Assembly: GCA_001600695.1 (NCBI GenBank)
Contig: BCKQ01000013.1
Coordinates: 377,996 to 441,995, forward strand
Length of the DNA: 64,000 nt
Direction: 5' to 3'
Origin: Ascoidea asiatica JCM 7603
Taxonomy: Eukaryota; Fungi; Ascomycota
Positions within the stretch are counted from its first letter, which is position 1. Every line of letters starts with the position of its first letter. The notes beneath the pieces were generated by a model. That model made no database searches and had not been told where the DNA came from. It saw only the letters and a program-made list of their open reading frames with translations. Below are positions 11,343-24,389 of the stretch, piece by piece. Position numbers and translations under genes: made by a program.

Positions 11343-13620
11343 CCAGCCAGTGCTAAATAACCGGATGGATTAATACCAATCACGTGAAAAAAATTTGTTG
11401 CGCGGTGCAACGCTCTGTTTACTATTGCGCAAAAAACCATTTCCCTCACTACACGAACAGTTATTGTTGAATTCAAATTAATATAAAAGAATGTAAAATC
11501 GCAAAACAAGTGTTAATATTTAAGCAATAATATTAATAAGTAATATAATTAGTAGTAATCCAATTAATAATAAATAATTTTATTAAAAAGTCTATTAACC
11601 GCAAAAACCTTTGATGAACTCATTTGAAAAAATTAAAAAGTTTATCAGTTCGATACCTGATATGTAGGACAATCTGTTAAATGTTAACATTAACGGACTG
11701 TGCGGCAAACAAGATATTTGTATTCACTATCCGGTAACTGCTGCGGAAATGGATCTTTATGAACTCGCAATGGAATTTCCGGTAGAGCGTTTTTGCTTTC
11801 CTCATCCGTGTGATTCTGTTAATTTTCGGACAATTGAGGAAAGAATCCATTGTAAACGTACTCCTTGCGAGCTATGCCCGGCTAACACACTTCAAACACT
11901 TTTGCTGTTGTTCCGCAAACAAATGGTAACCAATGGTTCTGGTCTCAACTAATAAATACATTAAGATTATGCAAACACAAAAAAAAAGCTGACACACAAA
12001 AGTGGCTCCGCATGAATTTTAATTTTTTTTGGCTGTGGTTACTACATTAGGAACAAATAAAATTACAAATATCAATCATTTTTATTACAAAAATCAACAA
12101 AACTTTAAATTAATTAGGTCAACAATGGGATATTTTAGATTTAATAATCTTAACACGTTTTTGCATGTTTCTCTCAGATAACCTAATACATTAGGTTTAT
12201 CCTGTTTATCGTTGTACAGACAAATGTCCGGATTAGGAATATTGTGCTATATACAGTCCTTGTTTATCCGAGGCTTTTCCGTTGGTACGCATAACGGAGG
12301 CTGAGCCTCCCGGTTGTTTGGCAAGTTGCACGTCTGTTCAGAATTTCCAAAACCACTATATAGTCTATGAATTCCTGTATTATTCTCATCTTCAATAATT
12401 TAATAAAATAAATCATAGTAAATTTGACAGTTTCTGATCCAGCGGAGACCCTATTTTAGCTTACTCTTCATTAGGACAAGGTAGCCTCTTTAGGGGATCA
12501 TATTGTTAGGACAAGTCAGAAACGTTTCAATTTAGGATCAACCGTGCCGATAGATGAACTGGTCGTCAAGTTTAAAGGTAGATCCCGTGATACTACAGTC
12601 GTAATGAATAAACCAATTAAATGGGTTACAAGGTTTTTTGCTCTCGCGGAAGCCGGATACACTTTTTCCATGGTTTACAGTTTAACAAATAAGTCAGGCG
12701 AATTAATTGATGTCCAAATACTTGGAACTTTTAACGGCACAAAACATCTTGTGGCTAATTTGGCGGGTGAAATTCAATACACTGCAGGACGGTTCTTTAC
12801 ATGGATAATTATGTTACCTTGGTGAAACTTTTTCAATGGTTTAAATCCCAATTCAATATGCGTGCTACTGGTACTGCAGGACCTAGCCCATCCTATCCTA
12901 AATGGTTTTCCGAAATGAAATCCAAAAAAAATAATTTACAATCACAAGAATTTAATTATAAATATGTGGAGGATATTGGATGTTTTGAGTACATGGATAG
13001 AAATGTGATTTCAGGAGTTAGTGCAGCGCATGACCTCAATGATGTTGTTATTAAAGAAAAATACAAACCTAACACCAGAACATTAGGACACCTTAAGTCC
13101 GCAATTGGTGTAATTTGCATGGAAGTTAGTAAGGCCGATTCCTATTCCAAGGGTACTTAATGATTAAAACTAAGACGCGGGTGGTGTTTATATATCCGAC
13201 CAATTCCGGCCGGTTATACCTCCCATTTAAGGGCTCACAGAAGTTAGTTAACTATTTTTTTATTTGTGGTTGATGTGGGTCTTATTAGTAGCCACGGACT
13301 TTACAAAAATTCAAAAAGCGTAAACCTATCCTATGTTGAATTCCGAAATTTATGATTATCAATTGCCTTACTAGGTAATTATCAGAGACAGCTGTGCTTT
13401 TGCGTACTTCTAATGAAACTCCCGGAACTCATGGCCGGATTAAAGCCCAAAGAAAAAGTTGTTTCCGGTATTGCTTCAGTGCAAAAACGGAATCAAAAAA
13501 AGGGTTTTCCTCTTTTGAGTTCCGTAGCTGTTGTTTAGACCTTTGTGCTCAGTGCTGGGATGAGTTGCTGTTGAGAAGTACTCATACTGTTTAAATCTTG
13601 AGGCTTGTTATCACTCATTT
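11343..13620 (+). mobile_element. piggyBac transposon relic with disrupted transposase (~11700-13594)
   Basis: MGYFRFNNLNTFLHVSDP (after removing the nested LTR), VPIDELVVKFKGRS...NKPIKWGYKVFAL, MDNY...ATGT, degenerate C-terminal Cys-rich domain. TTAA+CC at 11339-11344 is a candidate left end; right TIR not found. Confidence 0.85.
12172..12429 (+). mobile_element. Solo LTR (258 bp) nested in piggyBac transposase
   Basis: Perfect 5-bp TSD GTTTC/GTTTC; ends T(C)TCAG...TTTGACA; internal TATATA; excision restores the transposase frame (FLHVSDP). Confidence 0.85.
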
Positions 13621-13759
13621 TTATTTATTTAATTGTATCACTTTTTGTTATATAATAAAGATCATTTACACATATTAGCATTTAATATTATAAAAATTGA
13701 TTATCAATCTGATTCAAAGAATATATAAAAAATAAAAATAGAAATAAGAGAAAAATAGA

Positions 13760-14189
13760 TCATTTATATAAGTTTGCATTTTTAAAATTCATAAGAAAAT
13801 ACCAATAAACGAATGGGAGAAATTCATCTGATGGCCCTTTAAAAATATTTCCAATTTTTTAGTTCCTCATGGAAATTCATTTCTGAACTTAACTAAATTG
13901 TATTGTACCATAACAGTAGTTTTACAGTTTTCCTCATCTCTGTTACGATTGTAGCATAAGGATTTATCTTCACCAAAATATTTGATAGCTTTCGATGAAA
14001 GATTATTGATTTTTTTCTGGAGCTGGCTTTCTATCGGGCCTTTTAATTTACAGTTCTTTTAATCTTCATTTCGGATTCAATTTGATTAATATCTTCTAAC
14101 AGATGATCACCTTGATCTAATTCTAATTGAGAGTTTTCAGTGACTTGTTCTTGCTCAGTAGTAGCTTCAGGAGTAAATAAAGTATTCAT
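13760..14189 (-). pseudogene. Decayed small ORF of unknown function ('family C'), paralogue of 20398-20955
   Basis: MNTLFTPEATTEQEQ...KYFGEDKSLCYN...MVQYNLVKFRNEFP*GTKK...PSDEFLPFVYW aligns with the copy at 20.4-20.9 kb. Confidence 0.7.
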
Positions 14190-16637
14190 TTTGAATTGTT
14201 GTTTAAGTTGAAATCACGAATAAAGATAAAAATCAGTAGAAAATAATTAACTTTCCTTTGGAAGAAACATGCAATTTAAATACTATCTCAATTGACATAA
14301 TTCGTGGAGGGGTAAACTTAAATTGATATCATTAAAGATAGGTAGCCTTTATTACACAAAGGCAATGTAACTATTATTACTTCAACAGTCGCACCTTGAT
14401 AGCGAACATTGTTGGTGGTCTCAAGTTCAACTAATCAGAAATTCGGGCATTGGTTATTCAGGGGAGGAGTTATCTAGTTACCCTACCTCTTTCTTAACTG
14501 CAATTTTGTTTAATAGTTGACTTTTCTATAAATATTTAGTTTTTCATTACAGAATAACACATGGTCGTTCTGACGTTTTATGGTCGTATAAGGCAGGGCA
14601 CAGATCATTGAATTAAAGGGATAGTCCGCAGCTTTGTTCACTGGGTCTGTTAGTTTTATCTAATCGGACACTATGTGCTTGTTGCATAGTGCTTACGGGC
14701 TTCGAAAAATGTCACCGTTTTCAATTTGCTAATACTTGGGTAAAATTGTGCACTGCATTTTTATTTTTGTGGCCAATTTTATTTTAAGTTTTGGCTATTT
14801 CAGATTTACCTGTTTTTGAGTGAAATATTTCAAAAAATGCTAGTGAAGATTTTTCAAAGGTTGCGATTTAAGATTGCATTGATGGAGTTACATAGATATT
14901 GGGAGGAATCCGTTTGCGATATTACGACATATTACAGAAAGAACGTTTCCATCGAGCTTTAGCTTGGTTGATGAATACGCAAGCGTTGGCACTGTCAAAA
15001 GCCGTAATCGAGCAGTGGTTAAAAGCATATTTGATAGTACAATTGGCTTCCAGTGGCAATTGATTTTTACATTTTAAATGCTTTAATTCGTAAGTCAATT
15101 CTACCAACCTCCATATGATTACTGCTCCATGTATGGTAAAAAAGGTACATAAAACCAAGAAGTGAAATTAAATCCAACTATATTTGAACTTAAACACCCA
15201 TGAAAAGATAGGTCTGCTATTAATGACCATTTGATGCTCTTCGCTAAAAATCGAACCTCCCCACTTATACTTCACTGGGGACTAAATGCTAATAAGTTAA
15301 AACATTTTAAATATGAAGAGGCATTAATAGAACGAGAATGTTAATTTATTTTATGCTCTAAAACATAGGTCTCCAAACAGAAATTTATAGCTGACCAAGT
15401 AATAGTACAAGTAAACCAATTAAATACAAATATGAATAATTTCAAAGCGTTAAATGTTATTATTTAACAATGTGTATTAGAAAATCATTTTTCGACTTCG
15501 CATTCAAATAAAAGCGCTTAATTAAATTCTTTAACCAAACTCCAATTATTTAAACTTTTTTTACATTCCGAGAATACAATTTTATACCGATCAAAGAAAG
15601 TTGTCTTAGGCCGAGTGGTTATTACCCGACAAATTTATGTTTTACATTTGGAAAAAAATATGCAATTAAAATGGCAAGTCCTAATTTTTACTCAACAGCA
15701 AGTTTGGATTATCATTAAAAAAGGAAATATCCTAATGTTAGTAAAAGCAAGTTTTCCCAACTTTACAAAATCATTTGTATGTAATTGTAATTTCCAATGG
15801 TTCAGGCTCTTCCTCAGCATCTGTTCAATATACTGGTAGTGGTAATAAATCTCCTTAAGCAAATAATTGTTTTTTGTATCTTTTAAGAGTATTCATGTTT
15901 TCGAATGGTGTAAATATGTCGTATTATTCTTGTTTTTCTTTATTGTTTCTTATTTTGGTTTGGAATTATCAGACACTAGACTAACCAATTAATTACTTTA
16001 TTACTATCAGAGTTACATTTTTTGTTTCTTTGTTTATTTATCAGTAATTTTATAGTGTTTCCTATAATAAAGTTATAATCTGAGGGTAGCAGTTTGAATA
16101 TCTTATTCAAATTTTATTATTTTTTTCTACAACCATTTAAATTTATATTTGCAACTGCTCCCTTTAATGTTTACTTGTAGGTTTGAGTAATATCACTAAT
16201 CAACTCGTATTACACCGTGGTAAGGAGTTAGATCCCTTTCAGAAGAAACCAGGATATTTCCACATCCCAGTTCATTACCATCATCCTGGTTTCGTTTGCA
16301 CCCCTCCTATTTTTTTAAATCCTTTTTTTTCAAGTTTCCAATTTTCCTATTTAAGTTCTTATTTACAGTATTTATTTATCCGTCCTGGCACTGCGCCTCT
16401 TTGCACGTGCCTCATCACCACACCCACTTTGAAGGCCCATTACGGTTAAGAGAGGTCGTACTAATTTACTATGAGGGCTCATTTTGGTTCACGCGTGTGT
16501 GGCCCTATTATCATTATCAATCTCAAATATTTCTACATTATGTCATCAATATCAACTGATATTCTTTTAATATTAACTTATCATTATTAATTTCAATTAT
16601 TTCTAAATTGGTTCATCAATATAAACTTATAATCGAT

Positions 16638-16721
16638 CAATATTAACTTATAATCTTTCAATATTAACTTATAATCTTTCAATATTAACTTATAATCTTT
16701 CAATATTAAGTTCTAATCTTT
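16638..16721. repeat. 21-bp tandem repeat (CAATATTAACTTATAATCTTT), 3 perfect + 1 near-perfect unit, within a wider degenerate array ~16545-16935
   Basis: Units start at 16638, 16659, 16680 and 16701. Confidence 0.9.
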
Positions 16722-16985
16722 CAAAATTAAATTACCTTTATCAATTTCAATTACAGCTAAATTTCTTCATCAAAATAAACTTATAATCTTTTGATATCAA
16801 CACATCATTATTTACTCTTATTGTTGCTAAGTTGCTTCATTAATATCAACATATAATCCTTTAATATTATCTCATCGTTATTGATTCTTGCTATTTTTAT
16901 ATAGCTTCATCATTATCAACTTATAATATTTCTAAATTGACCTATCATTATGGCTGTCCCCTCTACATACAGGATTGCTCGGGCT

Positions 16986-19370
16986 ATGTCTACATCTGAT
17001 ACCACTACAACTGCTGCTGTTTCAGAAACCAAAGCGAAGGCTATGGTTAAGGCCACTCATTAGTATGGTGAGTATGATATTGACATCTCCTCAGATGAAG
17101 ATTATACAGAAGAAAATATTGATTTCGCTCTAACTGCTCCAAAGCCCACAACTGGTGCATCAGCTGTATTAGATACCATGCCTACACTGATCAAAAGTAC
17201 TCCCGAAAATTCTAGTGTTTACTTTCATGAACACAATGATGCCAATATGTTCGGTCATGACTTTGAAGCAACTGAAAAAGTTAGGCGAAGAAGTGTTTCT
17301 GTTACTGATGCAGGACCGCTAGGTTGGTTATTCGTATTGTTAAGGGTTTTCAATCAATACTTAATTAGTACTGTTAGGGATTATCTTTTCACGATAGTAA
17401 ACCCTGAGGAAGTTGAAGACGGTAGGATTATTAAACGTCTCTTGGAAAGCTCTGGGGATAATTGGTGCTACATATACCATCATGATATGGATGTTTTTCT
17501 GGGATTTAAAGAATCGTTTTAATTTACCCTTTTTCAACCAAATTTTGGTACAATCAAGGCTGTGGATTTATTAATTGATGATATTGTAAACCTATCCCAT
17601 TCTGTTACTCCTACTCCAATTAAGGTTGTGCACCTGGTTGTTTTCATAGAGCTAATCCTAGATTCAAGACGTTACCCCTACAAGTCAAAATCATGATTAC
17701 CATCTACGCTGGTACTTGATGGACTAGATTCGATAGCCTTATCTGTTGGAAATAATAGAGATCTATATATATGCTAGGGCATATATGGGTACTAACACCA
17801 TAGGTGGTGAAGGTCTAAAAGACACGTATCTATAGTAAACATAAAAGAATTGTGTATTATACAACAATGTGTCTACACTATCTAAAATTATGCATAGAGA
17901 TGCATAATTGGGCATAAATATACATATTGTTGCATAAAGTTGCATTAAGTTGCATGAAGAATACATCAATTTACATGACCTTGCATGAGTCTGTGTACAG
18001 GTACATAGATAGTGGGACATCATGTGATCTTATAGTCACATGTCATAGGTCATGTGTGCTTGCGTCAGGCATAGCGTACAAAGTAGAAAAGACCTTGAGA
18101 TTGGTACCAGCCATAGTCGTATAACCATTAAGAGCATATGAAAGCTTAGCCACTCCGTAGGAGGTGAATTAAAGAGGAGTTAGGATTTAACGTCTATCCG
18201 GATTGAAGTTAAATCCGAAAGGCCAATCGGATCCAGGCAGGAACGCCTTCTGGATGGCTGGATTGGCTAAGCCTAGTTTCATGTGAGATAAGGTATAAGT
18301 CTCACTGCGTATACCGAATTGTCTCGGAGTAAACAGGAGACTAGTGGAGATAGTCCCGTAAGAGATCTATCCCGAGTACAGCTTCGGGATTAAACATTAT
18401 TCCCGGAAATTAGTGCGATTGTCTACCCCACTGAAAAGTGGGCTGATTGGTTTTACTAGGGTAAAATTGAAATCTGAATTTCAATTGATTTTTAATCAAG
18501 TTTTCAATCCTTTTTAGAAGGTAAAGTTGATTCCCACACTGATTGTACGAAGGAATCCAGGGAGTTTTGGGAATTCCCGAGAATTCTCGATAGTTCTGCG
18601 GGACCCCGTAGGAATCCTGAATTAATATAAAAGGAATCGATTTCCTCTGATTTTTTTATATAATTTATTTAGTTTTCTTTTTAGATCATCGATTAGCACG
18701 AGTTAATTGATTAATACATAGTAAGTAAAACATTTGATTATATAATTCGAAATTGTAAATTTGTAAAATCGATGAGAATTTATAACATTAGCAGACTCGA
18801 TTATCTAGATTATTTCAACAAACAATTTGGTGTCAATTTTATGTACGAGCAGATTACTGATTATATTTTAAGTCTAGTCAAAAAGTCTATTAAAGACATT
18901 TAAACAGATGTTTCTATCCTTACAGATCATGTTATGTTCCCTATGGCACAAACTACATAGGATGCCAATGTTTATGAAATCAAAGCCAACCGTACCTTTC
19001 TAGGTTCTCGCTGTTTCTCGGATCCAGTTGTGCAAGATCTATTTTATGGTAGAACTTCGGATATGGTTAACGATCCAGCAAAACGTTGGTTAGCAATCAA
19101 TCCACAGGATGCTACTGATTTAGTGCTTGACTTTATGCGTTCAAATGAGCCTAATAACTTCAAAAGTATGAGATCTTCCTTTATGGCTAAATTCTTTAAT
19201 GGCCCAAAACTACTAGTTGCAAGTGTCTATAATACTTATTCTTTGGAAAAGACTAAATCTGAGATACATTCCTCATTCCAAGAATAAACACTCTATTATA
19301 AGAATTTCCATTTAACCGCTGTCAACACCCTATACCGTCCGCGTGTTTGTTTTTTACTTTATATTTCCTG
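16986..19370 (+). pseudogene. Decayed ORF of unknown function ('ORF B', ~450 codons), split by solo LTR
   Basis: ATG at 16986 (MSTSDTTTTAAV); long near-open frames on both sides of the LTR that rejoin in frame (WTRFDSL|SRLDYLDYFNKQF); includes ORF-track pieces 17178-17522 and 19030-19287. Confidence 0.6.
17744..18787 (+). mobile_element. Solo LTR, family LTR-1 (1044 bp), copia-like termini
   Basis: TGTTGGAAATAAT...TATAACA; TSD TTATC/TTAGC (4/5); TATAAAAG near 18626; closely similar to 45576-46611 and 59423-60458. Confidence 0.92.
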
Positions 19371-20397
19371 AAATCTATTTATATGAGTCATTATTATATG
19401 TCCCTTTAGGTTACTTGCCCTTTTGTTTTATGTTGGGTAATTTTACTCGACTAACCTATGTTAGCTTTAAAATTCTGAAATGATATAAATACTGTTCATT
19501 GCAACTCTTTTTTTATATATATATATTTGTGTTATTTTGCTTTAACCCACCCAATTTTTACTCAAGAAACAGAAACAGCTAGTTTCAAATAAGTCGGTAA
19601 TACCCTACAGATTATATTACAGACTATTCGACTATTTTTCCCTAACGTTTATTTTTATATTTTTTACTTCTTTTATCTATCTACCTAAGATCAGTCTTAC
19701 TGTTTCTTGTTATTATGTGTCTATTAATCTTAACTCTTGTTAATATACTTGTCATTTTTTTCATCACTCAAATCTTTTAATTTATTAGTAGACTGTTTCA
19801 AACCCTAGCTCTAGCTACAAAATTTAGAAACCTGGTGTTTCGTTAGTGTTGTCCAGCCAGGCTCACTAAGTCTCCATATTTAAGACAAACTTAAAATACA
19901 ATTGTGTTACATAAAGTGCTAATTTATTTTAGAAATGAAACAGTATAAGTAAGTCTTATAGGAAGACACACAGAGGTTTGCAAAACACAAATTTCAAACA
20001 AAACAAATTTGGTACTTTGAATATACTGTCGCACATGTTTACCGCGCGTAAAACAATTGTCCAAAAATAATTTATCCACTGTCCGACAGTTTGTCAATTC
20101 ACTGCCATGTGTCGCGACCGCTCTACAAACTATTCAAAAACCTGACAATTTGTGCCAGAACCTCTGTTTCTCAAAAAGTAGCCGGTGTATGTCGTAATTG
20201 ATTGTGTCAAACCATGTTGAACTAATAATGTCTACACTGTCTTTGAATCATTAAGGGAAGCGCTCTTTTACCTTATCAGTTCAATGTCACCTTACTTTTT
20301 TTATACCAGGTGGAATAGTATTTAGATTGCCTGTTTTGTATAAAGGCAAGTTAATTATTTGCTTCTAATTCTTATTTTTATTTGTCATTTCAATTTA

Positions 20398-20955
20398 ATG
20401 AACATTAGAAAATCAATACATTATTTATTGATTAACCTATTCCCGAACAAGAACCATTTACTCAACATCCTATATTAGAATTAGAACAACCAATCACCGA
20501 TAATCTTTTAGAAGATACTATTCAGATTCAAACACAAATCCAGATCCAAATAAATATAATTAAAGGGCCTAATAAAAAGCTAGTTCCAATTATAGAAATT
20601 GGTAATGTCTCATCAAATGGTAGTAAATATTTTGGACAACTTAAATCATTATGTTACAATTGAAAAATAGATGGGGAAAATTATAAAACCAATATTATGG
20701 TACAATACAATTTTGTTAAGATCAGAAATGAATTTCCATTAGGAACTAAAAAAATTGGAAAACTTTTTACCAGGTCATCAGATGAGTTTCTCCCATTCGT
20801 TTATTGATCAATCAATTAAAGATTCTAAAACTATACAATGACAAGTTAAAGAAAAGGCCTCATTTCATCAACAAGAATCAGATGATTATGGTTATTCTCA
20901 AATTGGTTATGGTTTGTATAATAAAGATGGAACTTCAAATGAGTTTTACATTTAG
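20398..20955 (+). pseudogene. Decayed small ORF of unknown function ('family C')
   Basis: SKYFGQLKSLCYN*KIDGENYKTNIMVQYNFVKIRNEFPLGTKKIGKLFTRSSDEFLPFVY...SFHQQESDDYGYSQIGYGLYNKDGTSNEFYI*; homologous to 13760-14189(-). Confidence 0.7.
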
Positions 20956-22199
20956 TTTAAGTTTTGTTTTTGATTAAATTTTTTGTTTTTATTTAATTTT
21001 TATTTTTCTTGTCTATACCTCCAAATTTCTTCTTTTTGTTCTTTCAATTTTTTTTTCATAAAATTGATTGTTTTTTATTCATTTTAAAATAAAATGAAAT
21101 TTATATAAATTGATCAATATTTCTCTCATTTTTGTTCTTTTTTTATGTATATTTTTGAAGAAAATTGATTAACTATATTTATAATATTAGATTCTAAGAT
21201 TTATAATTTATCTTTATTATATAACAAAAAGTGATTAAATAAAATTCATACAATGGCAGAAAGTACATCTCCAGATTTTAACAGTATATATGCTTTTTAA
21301 CAAAACACAAACAATGTCTTCTACTGGGATAACCCAGATAGAGTCGTAGTCTTAATAAGTCTGAATAAACCGTAGAGTTTTTTAATATGTTTAACCACTG
21401 GAGCTGCCATTATGGTTACCTGTGTGGGACGACTGGTGATATGTGTGATCACCTTGAGATTACCCGAGATAAGTATTTGTTGACAGAATATCAGGTGTAT
21501 CGGGAACCGGTTGTTAACGAGCGAAAATGTATATTATGCTTCGGGGATCCCATGAAGGCTTAAACACAATTGTGAGTGCTACCCATTTAGTGGGAAAATG
21601 AATACCATACAGTAGGGGTGAATGAAGTAGAACTTCAAAAGAAACACATGAATTTTATTTTTTAACTTATATTTATTAAGGACACGTCTGCAGAACCGAC
21701 TATAGGTAGTTCTTACATTAATTTTTATTTATTGAACTAATCATTTCATTAGCTACTGGTATACCTAATCATTAATATATTTTTTATAACCTTTACCATT
21801 ACCACTTTGAAGTTAACAGGAAGTTGTATGTTCACATTCTGGTTTACCTTGCAGTCCAACATCTTTTTTATGTCCAATGCCGTGTACTGTAGAGAGATAT
21901 TGCTCTAAAACTAGATGATAAATTATATTCGGCCATAGATTGGCTGCTGGTTTCACAGTTTATATAAACCCCCAGAGAAATTATCTTTTATTGGTGGTCT
22001 CTTTTGATCAAAAATTTAGTGATGAAAGGTACTATTCAGTTTGCTAAAGAACGATTAAAAAAATAGTTTATTGAATTCAAGCATAATAAGGATGGGGTAT
22101 ATTTCTCTACTTAGTTAGAATTATCGTGAGAAGCAGTCTTTTCGTTTTAATGCAACATTCTGTTTGAAATGCTATTGTTTTCGAGATGTATATGAAGCC

Positions 22200-23347
22200 A
22201 ACTGTATGATATAACAGGTTTAAACAAACGACTACTATTTAAAAGTTCTGTCAGGTATTCATAATTAAATTCCTATTGCTGGCTAAAAGTAGTATTACCG
22301 GTAGCAACTTTTATTCTGGTTCAAACACAAAATATAATGCGGTTGAGGTTTACGACTGAATCCAATATGCACTTGGATCTACTTGGCCTACATGGAAACT
22401 TTTCTACTTAATTTAGCTAAAGACTAAGCAGCTTAAGGGAATTGATTCCGAGAATCAACAATAAGAAAGGATCCTTCCAGATCAACTAATTCGGTACCGA
22501 TGATGGTAAGAGGTTGAGAAATCTTCTGTCAAAATTAAATATCGACCACTTTGACCGTAAGACGATTAAGACTGATGTTCCTACAGTCTCAAAAAGTTCA
22601 AAGATGTTCACTATAAAATAGTTGATAAGAAGAGTATGATCCAATACAAGCCTGTACTGGTTTTCCTATGGTCTTCATTGCACGTCGTGGATGTAAGAAG
22701 CGAAGTCTTATGAAACTTATTTTCCGTGAGAGAAACACTTTCAAAAAGTCATCGAAGCGAGTCAAGAACTAGTAGCAGAAACTCAATGTAAACAAAATCA
22801 TTACTGAAACAAATGATTATTCGGTAGTTGAATATCAAATTTCCTCTGAAGATTATTTTCTGCATCTAGCTCAAAATGCTAATCGATTTTATGTTGATTT
22901 ATTTTTTTCTGAAATATCTATAGAAGATAGGTATGTTAGTTAGGGTGGTGCGACAATACATTTTACTATCGATGACTAGCTTTTAATTAACAATAAACAT
23001 GGTAAAGTGGATGTTCTTGCCGGTAACGCATATTATATTTTGTTCCGAAACGTAAAATGGATCAATTTCTCATTAAAAGATGTTCATTTTATCGAAGGTT
23101 TCAAGATTTTTATTTCTGCGACAATTTGTCATATTCTCGCTATAATGTGAATTAATGAGCTAATGGTGTCCACATCAGCGACAAATCTTCTGGAAAACCT
23201 GTAGTTAAAGCTACCGGAACAAAATGCTTGAGTATTTGGATAACGAAAGGGGTCTGCCTCAAACAGTTTCTGCGGAGAAGCAGATAACTTTATTTATGAT
23301 GCCATGGAGGCTTATGGTGAAACTGGTCACCGGACGGCTGGAGAAGG
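22200..23347 (+). pseudogene. Highly decayed Ty1/copia gag-protease relic
   Basis: YVS*GGATIHFT...LLIN (degenerate DSGAT protease motif) and SLKDVHFIEG at ~22930-23110. Confidence 0.5.
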
Positions 23348-24365
23348 TGTCAGGATTTGTAGTTATTCCCATTGGGATAATACTAGTCCACCACAGCCTG
23401 GAACTACAAGACCTGCTTAGAGCGCAGTATTACATGCCCTCGTGATAAGACCTTGTACCAATGATGACTTAAGGAGAAACGCAGGCCTTTTTGTATAGTG
23501 TCTTAGCGATAGTATTCGCGCAATGCCAAGCTACTGACTCAGGACTCTTGTTGTAAAGATTTAAACGTTCTTATGTGAAACAAGTTTGCCCTGTGGTTTT
23601 TAGATGACTGGTGAGTATAAATTATCTACATACGAGTTTAGCGATGTAACAGGCTGGATCTTGAAGTATTGTCGAGGTACAATTTTCGGCGACATTTGCG
23701 GGATACACTGACCTGGTCCGGAGTACGTAAGGGATTATGTAATCAGAAAGGCCGGAAATTGAATGATGTAAAGTCGAGTAATTCGGGTACACCGAAAGGA
23801 GAGAGGGGTCGTTTCAAGTTCCAATTATTAATAGTTTGAAGCAGTTATTAGATCATTGTTTTCTGCGAGGGACCAAAATGCGGTAGTAGAGGACGTGATA
23901 TCCTGCCATACAGAGCTGTTCTGGGCGAATAAGGTGATGTTACGGGGCTTGATGGGGTGTAATTGATTACTGATTAGCGACCAGAAGTGCATCAACTAGT
24001 AGGACAGCCGAATGTACAAATTGAACCAAAAAGTCCGTATAGATTCTGTCAAAGCGAAATTCTATTTGTACCGTTTATCAAGCTGAATATCAACAAAACG
24101 GACTTGTAGATTGAGATCACGAGATCTAATTTCAATCCCAAATAGTACAGGTACGAAGTGTTATCCGTATTTTGGGTTCCCCAGTAGCAACTTTTTTTTA
24201 TACGTATGGCAAATAGCTAGCAAGATTTATGACATATATTTCTTGTCGATCAGGGTCGAAATTAATATAAATAGACGTTGATTGTTCATAATCCTTTTTT
24301 TATAGAAATTTTTATACAGAGATTATGGAAATGTAAAAATATGAATAGGAATAATAATATTCAAC
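23348..24365 (+). mobile_element. Solo LTR, family LTR-2 (older copy)
   Basis: TGTCAGGATTT...AATATTCAAC; colinear with 55219-56240 including TATAAATAG; no TSD recognised. Confidence 0.8.
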
Positions 24366-24389
24366 TAATTATTCATATCGTTCGATCAA

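Noticed and set aside
16638-16721. CRISPR-like array
   Set aside because: Units are contiguous with no spacers; eukaryotic context; no cas genes.
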